Assembly: GCA_964035545.1 (NCBI GenBank)
Contig: OZ037766.1
Location: 12,142,722-12,206,721 of the forward strand
Origin: Bugula neritina
Taxonomy: Eukaryota > Animalia > Bryozoa
Direction: 5' to 3'
Length of the DNA stretch: 64,000 bases
A program made the translations under genes and the position numbers. This document shows positions 43,501 to 55,500 of this stretch, piece by piece (the stretch's first letter is position 1; every line of letters starts with the position of its first letter). A model generated the notes under the pieces. That model made no database searches. It was not told where the DNA came from and saw only the letters and a list, made by a program, of their open reading frames with translations.

Positions 43501-46500
43501 TGGCATGCTGGTGATCATCCCTTAGACAAATTGTCTCAAGAATCACAAGGAATTCTACACCATCAAACTGGTACTGGAGAGCATGCATCTCTGAATGGAA
43601 TGAATATTGGTAGTATTAGACATGCTTCTGATATTAAAACTGAGAATGTTACTCCACAATCTCAAGGAATACTAACTGAACAAACAGGTATAATTTTGCT
43701 GTGTGTCCTTTCATTTTGGCTTCGTTATTTCATTACAACAGTTATTTTTTCATTTCATTTAAAATGAACCTATTTATTATACTTCGATAGGTACTGGAGA
43801 ACATGCATCTCTGAATGGAATGAATATTGGTAGTATTAGACATGCTTCTGATATTAGAACTGAGAATGTTACTCCACAATCTCAAGGAATACTAACTGAA
43901 CAAACAGGTGAATGAATATGTCAAGATGGTTGGTTTCAATATCGTGTTATAAATGTCTTTTTCAGTCAAGATTTGGGTCATTTTACTTAATTTAGTGCAC
44001 ACTATATCTCTAGTTTCTAAGTATTTTCACACTTTCACTGCTAATGCATATGATTTTTTACCTTAAACTATTGAAATATCAACAAATGGAACTCAAACAT
44101 CAAGGTCATTAGTTTTGCTTGATTTCCTACGCCTGTTACTAATTTCTCATTGAATTAGGATATATGGTCTGTGATGAAAAAATGATCATGGCCTGCACAT
44201 GTATACTTGGCTCATATGACAATAACGTTGCCCTTCAACATTGCAGAACCCCCTCCCAGCTTTTTTGCTATGCATAATTCGAATCAACACATACAATTTC
44301 CAATATAGTGAATTCTCATGAATTTTGAACAAACTTTAAATTTTGGTTCTGGTTTGCTGATGTGTACTTAATAAATTGAAATGACCTTTTTGTGAATGCT
44401 CGCGTCTTCCTACAGGTACAGGTGGTCATGCTTCCCAGAAAGGCATGAATATGGGTTACACTTGGCATGCTGGTGATCATCCCTTAGACAAATTGTCTCA
44501 AGAATCACAAGGAATTCTACACCATCAAACTGGTACTGGAGAACATGCATCTCTGAATGGAATGAATATTGGTAGTATAAGACATGCTTCTGATATTAAA
44601 ACTGAGAATGTAACTCCACAATCTCAAGGAATACTAACTGAACAAACAGGTGTGTAGCTTTGCTGTGTGCCCTTTTATTTTTGTTTAGTTTTTCAATTGA
44701 AAGTTTTGGGATTTTATTTATTTAAAATGCAACCATTTAACATGCTTTCAATTAAAGCTTTTAATTATTTAATTTATTTGAATTGAAACCATTTTATATT
44801 CTTTCATAGGTACTGGAGAACATGCATCTCTGAAAGGAATGAATATTGGTAGTATTAGACATGCTTCTGATATTAGAACTGAGAGTGTTACTCCTCAATC
44901 TCAAGGAATACTTACTGAGCAAACAGGTAACTGCATATTTTAAGATTGTTGGTTCCAGTCATGTATAAATGTAATTTCCTGGAATACTCACTGAACAAGC
45001 AGGTATAATTACGCTGTATGGAAGAGATTTTGGTTTCATTTTACTCGATTAAAACTGTTTATTCATCTATTTTATTTATAATGCAATAATTTAATGTATT
45101 TTTATAGGTACTGGAGAACATGCATCTCTGAATGGAATGAATATTGGTAGTATTAGACATGCTTCTGATATTAAAACTGAGAATGTTACTCCACAATCTC
45201 AAGGAATACTAACTGAACAAACAGGTATAACTTTGCTAAGTGTAGGATTGTTGGTTTCAATCATGTAGAAATCTACTTTTCCATTCAAAATGTTTTCATG
45301 CTCATGTTTTTCTACAGGTACAGGTGGTCACGCTTCCCAGAAAAGCATGAATATGGGTTACACTTGGCATGCTGGTGATCATCCCTTAGACAAATTGTCT
45401 CAAGAATCACAAGGAATTCTACACCATCAAACTGGTACTGGAGAGCACGCATCTCTGAATGGAATGAATATTGGTAGTATAAGACATGCTTCTGATATTA
45501 AAACTGAGAATGTTACTCCACAATCTCACGGAATACTCACTGAACAAACAGGTGAATGCCCATGTTAAGACAGTTGGCCTCTATTTAAGCTGTATGTGTA
45601 CGTCTTTGGTGTATTAATGTTGTAATGTCAATTAAAGTCCATGTCTTGCTATACCTAATAGCTATAATTAGTAGACCTCTTTCAATCACTCATTTCACCA
45701 TTATGCGTCTGTCTCGACCCCACTGAACTAACTTAATAAGTGTATCTTGACGGAATACTTTTCATTGCCCACAGCAACTTAGATTTTCTCAGAATTGTCA
45801 AATTTGTGAGTTTCTCAACGTTAGGTGCAACTTCAGGGTTTTTGGCAATTTGAATTAGATGATGATAGCAGTTGTCTCACTACAATTGCTACTCCATTTG
45901 GCTGATATGGATTTTTGAGGCTAACCTTCGACATAAGTTTGGCATCTGAAATAGTTCATAGAAAGTAAGCAAATTATTATCAGATGTAGTCAGAGTTGAG
46001 ACTTTCGTAGATTATTTATTGATACATGTTCTTACAAAGGTAGCCATTTTCAAATGACGTTCTGCGTAAAATGCTTGGGAGATGCGAGAAAGTTATCTTG
46101 AAGCTTAACTTAGCGAAATGTAGTTTTGAGAAGTCTGAACATAGGTATTTAGATCACATAATTGGACAGGGTGTCATCACAGCCGACCCAATTATGATTA
46201 AATCTACAGTCGGCATGTCTGTGCTACAGAATGTGTTAGGATAGCCGCAGCTAAACTCATACTCAAGTAAGGCTACATATATTCCTCAAGGTTTTGTAGG
46301 AGGGATGGAAGTTTAGGTTAGAATGAGACATAGGAATTGGCTATGAGGAACAGTTAAGCTGAAAGTTTCATAATTAGGCTTTATGATTGTAGAATTTTTA
46401 GATGGTAAGCAATCTTGTTCGAAAATTTGAAAATATCCATTACATCTAAGTTCTGGGGTAGAGGGAATTACACCACCCACCAACCTAGTTCATGTTACTA

Positions 46501-49500
46501 GAGTGAGTAACTCTGTTTCGCATAGTACACCCAATTCAAGTTCTGTTCAGGGAATAGACAGGCGCAGCGTTCCTAATGGGCATAGAACAGTTACTTGAGT
46601 AGGTAGGGTTTCAGAGCCTCACACCAGATTTTGTCAGAATCTGTACTATGCCAAAACTTAGTTGACTTAAGTAAATGTACCATCGGAAGAATGTTTAGTA
46701 GTGCACATATATATTATGTTATATAACTTTGCTTTATCTTTCAACTACATGCTTTTGTAACTTTTTATACAATTAAATATTGTTACTGAGTCACTAAGTC
46801 TTCATTTTTGACTGCGGATAAGATGTTATAATGTCAACTACAGTTCATGTCTTGCCATACCTAATAGCTGTAGTGAGTATATATCTATATGTGAATCGTG
46901 CATTCTCTTACTATTGTCAGAGTCAGCATCTATGTACAATATTTGTCTCTAGATTTCATAGTGTTATCATCATTTATATTATTGGTAATTGCACCTAATA
47001 AATCTACAATGTAATTCATTGCAAGTCAACATCATCTTGTTACATATCATTACACTTCATAATGCCAACAAGAAACAAAAACATATAACAGTTGATCAAT
47101 TTGAATTTTTATTTAATTCAAAATTGTAACTATTATACTTCTATAGGTACTGGAGAACATGCATCTCTGAATGGAATGAATATTGGTAGTATTAGACATG
47201 CTTCAGATATTAAAACTGGAAATGTTACTCCACAATCTCAAGGAATACTAACTGAACAAACAGATATTACTTTACTGCATGTCTTTTTATTTGCTTAATT
47301 TTTCAGTAAAAACTGTTATTTAACTTAATTAAAATGCAACCATTTAACATATTTTCAATTAAAGCTTTTAACTATTTAATTTATTTGAATTGAACTTATT
47401 TTATATTATTTCATAGGTACTGGAGAACATGCATCTCTGAATGGAATGAATATTGGTAGTATTAGACATGCTTCTGATATTAGAACTGAGAGTGTTACTC
47501 CACAATCTCAAGGAATACTAACTGAACAAACAGGTATAACTTAGCTAAATGTAAGATTGTTGGTTTCAATCATGTATAAATGTATTTTTTCCAGTCAAAA
47601 TATATTCATGCTCATGTCTTTCTACAGGTACAGGTGGTCACGCTTCCCAGAAAGGAATGAATATGGGTTACACTTGGCATGCTGGTGATCATCCCTTAGA
47701 CAAATTGTCTCAAGAATCACAAGGAATTCTACACCATCAAACTGGTACTGGAGAGCATGCATCTCTGAATGGAATGAATATTGGTAGTATAAGACATGCT
47801 TCTGATATTAAAACTGAGAATGTTACTCCACAATCTCAAGGAATACTAACTGAACAAACAGGTATAGTTTTGCTGTATGGAAAATACTTCGGTTTCATTT
47901 TACTCTATTTAAACTGATTATTCATTAATTTTTTTATAATGCATTATTTTATTATATTTTTATAGGTACTGGAGAACATGCATCTCTGAATGGAATGAAT
48001 ATTGGTAGTATTAGACATGCTTCTGATATTAAAACTGAGAATGTTACTCCACAATCTCAAGGAATACTCACTGAGCAAACAGGTATAACTTAGCTAAATG
48101 TAAGATTGTTGGTTTCAATCATGTATAAATCTATTTTTCCAGTCAAAATATATTCATGCTCGCGTTTTTCTACAGGTACAGGTGGTCACGCCTCCCGGAA
48201 AGGAATGAATATGGGTTACACTTGGCATGCTGGTGATCATCCCTTAGACAAACTGTCTCAAGAATCACAAGGAGTTCTACATCATCAAACTGGTACTGGA
48301 GAACATGCATCTCTGAATGGAATGAATATTGGTAGTATAAGACATGCTTCTGATATTAAAACTGAGAATGTTACTCCACAATCTCAAGGAATACTAACTG
48401 AACAAACAGGTGAAATAATAATTGGTTTATTTTGTAGTTGTTTGTTGTTGATTAACTTGGACTTGTTTTTTCGGCGGACATCCTCTCACTTTTCCTTTTG
48501 TTTTACATTACTTTTAACAAACAGTCTAAGTTCATGATTTTGCATCCTGCACACTACGTTGTGGCACTACTTCTTAGCTTTTATCATACAATAACCTAAA
48601 GGAGCTTAAATCTTTGCTTTTTAATAATTAACTCACTGACATAGAGTCAATTTTCTGTCTGCAAGTGTTTTGGCACAATATTCCCGGGTAGGAAGTTGAA
48701 ACTAGAGTCATTCATCTTGTAAATTGTTCTCTCTCTTTAGTAAGCTGAAACATGATTTACTAGACATCAACAGTAAGGAACAGAAAATAAATAAAACTGA
48801 GTTAGCACAAACAAATAACAGAAACTCATGATTTGGTTTGTCATTGTAACTATTTAACATCTCAGTTATTGGTACCGACGATGCTTCAAAAAGTAAACAG
48901 TAGCAACAAAGTGGTAGGCGAGCATTCATAAGTTGTCTTTCCTTAATTTATCCTTCAACAATTTGCATATTTGAAATGGGTCCTCTCATATGACATCAGG
49001 ACATATGAGGTGTGGCTGTGCATTACCAATTTTTTTAGAAGGCTGTTTCAAGGCTCTCAGTAAAGTCATGAGCTCTATGCCGCTGCCTTGCTTTAAGGTA
49101 TTCATTGGTGTAGCTAAGTTTTCCTTTTTTGTTTCCCTGTTTTTTACGTATGTAATTTTGCATTATTCCTGAAACATTTGCAGAATGGTTGAATTACAAA
49201 GTTGATCTACATTATCATTTAGTCAAAGACTGAATGTATGTGTGATTTTATATGGCTTTGGCGGAAAAACTTTAATTGTAAAAAAAAACTCTTGAATACA
49301 AAAATTGGTGGGCCCAGTTGTAATGAATATGGTGAAAATGATTATTGGGGGAAGTTGTACATGATTCAAAGGGCTTCAACTAGCCCCAACACTGTCACGG
49401 TACAAATTATTGGCATTGTCTGCTGTGAATGAGATATCTATGCAACTTTAAGTTATTGGCCAGCTTTGAAACCATGTTTGCGACACTTGGCTGAGTTCAC

Positions 49501-52500
49501 TAGACTGGGCTCTTAAAACTTGAGAGGCAATGTAACTTTTTATGAAACTTATTTATTAGTTTGCTCATTTATTATGCAAAGAATGTGACAAAATATTTGC
49601 TAGTCTGAAACTTCTGCTTTGATTCTATATATTTCGAGGCACCTGAGAGTGCGCCTAGAAAGGAGGTAAAATAGTACAATGATTAACAGGAAAACATTTT
49701 GAGCATATATTTCAATTAGCCCTGTGGTTCAACTAATCCCACTTTTCTCTATAAGTGAAGTTTACTAGTTTAGGAATACTCACCCAACAAAGAAGTGAAT
49801 GCTCGTGTTACGGCTCTAAGTCTCATTGATGTATGAATGTAATTTCTCAGTTAAAATGTATTAATGACTGTGTCTTTTTACAGGGACAGGTGGTCATGCT
49901 TCCCAGAAAGGAATGAATATGGGTTACACTTGGCATGCTGGTGATCATCCCTTAGACAAATTGTCTCAAGAATCACAAGGAATTCTACACAATCAAACTG
50001 GTACTGGTGAACATGCTTCCCAAAAAGGAATGTCAATTGGTAAAGTGAGAATGGCAGCTGACACTCCCGCTGATGAAATGGCAATGGAATCTCAAGGTGT
50101 TCTCCACTCTCAAACTGGCACTGGGGAACATGCTTCTCAAAAAGGCATGAATATGGGCTATACGTGGCATGCTGGTGATCATCCCTTGGACAAATTGTCT
50201 CAAGAATCACAAGGAATTCTACACCATCAAACTGGTACTGGTGAACATGCTTCTCAAAAAGGAATGTCAATTGGTAAAGTGAGAATGGCAGCTGACACTC
50301 CCGCTGATGAAATGGCAATGGAATCTCAAGGTGTTCTCCACTCTCAAACTGGCACTGGGGAACATGCTTCTCAAAGAGGCATGAATATGGGCTATACTTG
50401 GCATGCTGGTGATCATCCCTTAGACAAATTGTCTCAAGAATCACAAGGAATTCTACACCATCAAACTGGTACTGGTGAACATGCTTCCCAAAAAGGAATG
50501 TCAATTGGTAAAGTGAGAATGGCAGCTGACACTCCCACTGATGAAATGGCAATGGAATCTCAAGGTGTTCTCCACTCTCAAACTGGCACTGGGGAACATG
50601 CTTCTCAAAGAGGCATGAATATGGGCTATACTTGGCATGCTGGTGATCATCCCTTAGACAAATTGTCTCAAGAATCACAAGGAATTCTACACCATCAAAC
50701 TGGTACTGGTGAACATGCTTCCCAAAAAGGAATGTCAATTGGTAAAGTGAGAATGGCAGCTGACACTCCCACTGATGAAATGGCAATGGAATCTCAAGGT
50801 GTTCTCCACTCTCAAACTGGCACTGGGGAACATGCTTCTCAAAAAGGCATGAATATGGGCTATACGTGGCATGCTGGTGATCATCCCTTAGACAAATTGT
50901 CTCAAGAATCACAAGGAATTCTACACCATCAAACTGGTACTGGTGAACATGCTTCCCAAAAAGGAATGTCAATTGGTAAAGTGAGAATGGCAGCTGACAC
51001 TCCCACTGATGAAATGGCAATGGAATCTCAAGGTGTTCTCCACTGTCAAACTGGCACTGGGGAACATGCTTCTCAAAAAGGCATGAATATGGGCTATACT
51101 TGGCATGCTGGTGATCATCCCTTAGACAAATTGTCTCAAGAATCACAAGGAATTCTACACCATCAAACTGGTACTGGTGAACATGCTTCCCAAAAAGGAA
51201 TGTCAATTGGTAAAGTGAGAATGGCAGCTGACACTCCCACTGATGAAATGGCAATGGAATCTCAAGGTGTTCTCTACTCTCAAACTGGCACTGGGGAACA
51301 TGCTTCTCAAAAAGGCATGAATATGGGCTATACTTGGCATGCTGGTGATCATCCCTTAGACAAATTGTCTCAAGAATCACAAGGAGTTCTACACCATCAA
51401 ACTGGTACTGGTGAACATGCTTCCCAAAAAGGAATGTCAATTGGTAAAGTGAGAATGGCAGCTGACACTCCCACTGATGAAATGGCAATGGAATCTCAAG
51501 GTGTTCTCCACTCTCAAACTGGCACTGGGGAACATGCTTCTCAAAAAGGCATGAATATGGGCTATACTTGGCATGCTGGTGATCATCCCTTAGACAAATT
51601 GTCTCAAGAATCACAAGGAATTCTACACCATCAAACTGGTACTGGTGAACATGCTTCCCAAAAAGGAATGTCAATTGGTAAAGTGAGAATGGCAGCTGAC
51701 ACTCCCACTGATGAAATGGCAATGGAATCTCAAGGTGTTCTCCACTCTCAAACTGGCACTGGGGAACATGCTTCTCAAAAAGGCATGAATATGGGCTATA
51801 CGTGGCATGCTGGTGATCATCCCTTAGACAAATTGTCTCAAGAATCACAAGGAATTCTACACCATCAAACTGGTACTGGTGAACATGCTTCTCAAAAAGG
51901 AATGTCAATTGGTAAAGTGAGAATGGCAGCTGACACCCCCGCTGATGAAATGGCAATGGAATCTCAAGGTGTTCTCCACTCTCAAACTGGCACTGGGGAA
52001 CATGCTTCTCAAAAAGGCATGAATATGGGCTATACTTGGCATGCTGGTGATCATCCCTTAGACAAATTGTCTCAAGAATCACAAGGAGTTCTACACCATC
52101 AAACTGGTACTGGTGAACATGCTTCCCAAAAAGGAATGTCAATTGGTAAAGTGAGAATGGCAGCTGACACTCCCACTGATGAAATGGCAATGGGATCTCA
52201 AGGTGTTCTCCACTCTCAAACTGGCACTGGGGAACATGCTTCTCAAAAAGGCATGAATATGGGCTATACTTGGCATGCTGGTGATCATCCCTTAGACAAA
52301 TTGTCTCAAGAATCACAAGGAATTCTACACCATCAAACTGGTACTGGTGAACATGCTTCCCAAAAAGGAATGTCAATTGGTAAAGTGAGAATGGCAGCTG
52401 ACACTCCCACTGATGAAATGGCAATGGAATCTCAAGGTGTTCTCCACTCTCAAACTGGCACTGGGGAACATGCTTCTCAAAGAGGCATGAATATGGGCTA

Positions 52501-55500
52501 TACTTGGCATGCTGGTGATCATCCCTTAGACAAATTGTCTCAAGAATCACAAGGAATTCTACACCATCAAACTGGTACTGGTGAACATGCTTCCCAAAAA
52601 GGAATGTCAATTGGTAAAGTGAGAATGGCAGCTGACACTCCCACTGATGAAATGGCAATGGAATCTCAAGGTGTTCTCCACTCTCAAACTGGCACTGGGG
52701 AACATGCTTCTCAAAGAGGCATGAATATGGGCTATACTTGGCATGCTGGTGATCATCCCTTAGACAAATTGTCTCAAGAATCACAAGGAATTCTACACCA
52801 TCAAACTGGTACTGGTGAACATGCTTCCCAAAAAGGAATGTCAATTGGTAAAGTGAGAATGGCAGCTGACACTCCCACTGATGAAATGGCAATGGAATCT
52901 CAAGGTGTTCTCCACTCTCAAACTGGCACTGGGGAACATGCTTCTCAAAAAGGCATGAATATGGGCTATACGTGGCATGCTGGTGATCATCCCTTAGACA
53001 AATTGTCTCAAGAATCACAAGGAATTCTACACCATCAAACTGGTACTGGTGAACATGCTTCCCAAAAAGGAATGTCAATTGGTAAAGTGAGAATGGCAGC
53101 TGACACTCCCACTGATGAAATGGCAATGGAATCTCAAGGTGTTCTCCACTGTCAAACTGGCACTGGGGAACATGCTTCTCAAAAAGGCATGAATATGGGC
53201 TATACTTGGCATGCTGGTGATCATCCCTTAGACAAATTGTCTCAAGAATCACAAGGAATTCTACACCATCAAACTGGTACTGGTGAACATGCTTCCCAAA
53301 AAGGAATGTCAATTGGTAAAGTGAGAATGGCAGCTGACACTCCCACTGATGAAATGGCAATGGAATCTCAAGGTGTTCTCTACTCTCAAACTGGCACTGG
53401 GGAACATGCTTCTCAAAAAGGCATGAATATGGGCTATACTTGGCATGCTGGTGATCATCCCTTAGACAAATTGTCTCAAGAATCACAAGGAGTTCTACAC
53501 CATCAAACTGGTACTGGTGAACATGCTTCCCAAAAAGGAATGTCAATTGGTAAAGTGAGAATGGCAGCTGACACTCCCACTGATGAAATGGCAATGGAAT
53601 CTCAAGGTGTTCTCCACTCTCAAACTGGCACTGGGGAACATGCTTCTCAAAAAGGCATGAATATGGGCTATACTTGGCATGCTGGTGATCATCCCTTAGA
53701 CAAATTGTCTCAAGAATCACAAGGAATTCTACACCATCAAACTGGTACTGGTGAACATGCTTCCCAAAAAGGAATGTCAATTGGTAAAGTGAGAATGGCA
53801 GCTGACACTCCCACTGATGAAATGGCAATGGAATCTCAAGGTGTTCTCCACTCTCAAACTGGCACTGGGGAACATGCTTCTCAAAAAGGCATGAATATGG
53901 GCTATACGTGGCATGCTGGTGATCATCCCTTAGACAAATTGTCTCAAGAATCACAAGGAATTCTACACCATCAAACTGGTACTGGTGAACATGCTTCTCA
54001 AAAAGGAATGTCAATTGGTAAAGTGAGAATGGCAGCTGACACTCCCGCTGATGAAATGGCAATGGAATCTCAAGGTGTTCTCCACTCTCAAACTGGCACT
54101 GGGGAACATGCTTCTCAAAAAGGCATGAATATGGGCTATACTTGGCATGCTGGTGATCATCCCTTAGACAAATTGTCTCAAGAATCACAAGGAGTTCTAC
54201 ACCATCAAACTGGTACTGGTGAACATGCTTCCCAAAAAGGAATGTCAATTGGTAAAGTGAGAATGGCAGCTGACACTCCCACTGATGAAATGGCAATGGG
54301 ATCTCAAGGTGTTCTCCACTCTCAAACTGGCACTGGGGAACATGCTTCTCAAAAAGGCATGAATATGGGCTATACTTGGCATGCTGGTGATCATCCCTTA
54401 GACAAATTGTCTCAAGAATCACAAGGAATTCTACACCATCAAACTGGTACTGGTGAACATGCTTCCCAAAAAGGAATGTCAATTGGTAAAGTGAGAATGG
54501 CAGCTGACACTCCCACTGATGAAATGACAATAGAATCTCAAGGTGTTCTCCACTCTCAAACTGGCACTGGGGAACATGCTTCTCAAAAAGGCATGAATAT
54601 GGGCTATACGTGGCATGCTGGTGATCATCCCTTAGACAAATTGTCTCAAGAATCACAAGGAATTCTACACCATCAAACTGGTACTGGTGAACATGCTTCC
54701 CAAAAAGGAATGTCAATTGGTAAAGTGAGAATGGCAGCTGACACTCCCACTGATGAAATGGCAATGGAATCTCAAGGTGTTCTCCACTCTCAAACTGGCA
54801 CTGGGGAACATGCTTCTCAAAAAGGCATGAATATGGGCTATACGTGGCATGCTGGTGATCATCCCTTAGACAAATTGTCTCAAGAATCACAAGGAATTCT
54901 ACACCATCAAACTGGTACTGGTGAACATGCTTCCCAAAAAGGAATGTCAATTGGTAAAGTGAGAATGGCAGCTGACACTCCCACTGATGAAATGGCAATG
55001 GAATCTCAAGGTGTTCTCCACTCTCAAACTGGCACTGGGGAACATGCTTCTCAAAAAGGCATGAATATGGGCTATACTTGGCATGCTGGTGATCATCCCT
55101 TAGACAAATTGTCTCAAGAATCACAAGGAATTCTACACCATCAAACTGGTACTGGTGAACATGCTTCTCAAAAAGGAATGTCAATTGGTAAAGTGAGAAT
55201 GGCAGCTGACACTCCCACTGATGAAATGGGAATGAAATCTCAAGGTGTTCTCCACTCTCAAACTGGCACTGGGGAACATGCTTCTCAAAAAGGCATGAAT
55301 ATGGGCTATACTTGGCATGCTGGTGATCATCCCTTAGACAAATTGTCTCAAGAATCACAAGGAGTTCTACACCATCAAACTGGTACTGGTGAACATGCTT
55401 CCCAAAAAGGAATGTCAATTGGTAAAGTGAGAATGGCAGCTGACACTCCCACTGATGAAATGGCAATGAAATCTCAAGGTGTTCTCCACTATCAAACTGG

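Larger units (their letters stand above)
22873..48409 (+). repeat. Array of about 69 phase-1 exons: about 58 of 117 nt (type A, GTGEHASLNGMNIGSIRHASDI(K/R)TENVTPQSQGILTEQT), 10 of 234 nt (B-A) and 1 of 468 nt (B-C-B-A), mostly separated by 90-180 nt introns
   Basis: Each unit is bounded by (t/c)ag|G(T/C) ... ACAG|gt, e.g. 22873-22989, 23095-23211, 29470-29586, 33450-33683, 48176-48409. No stop or frameshift was seen in any exon. Confidence 0.92.

Noticed and set aside
22873-48409. CRISPR-like look (conserved repeat alternating with variable spacers)
   Set aside because: The repeats are 117-nt coding exons bounded by AG/GT, and the spacers are related AT-rich introns. There are no cas genes and the context is eukaryotic.
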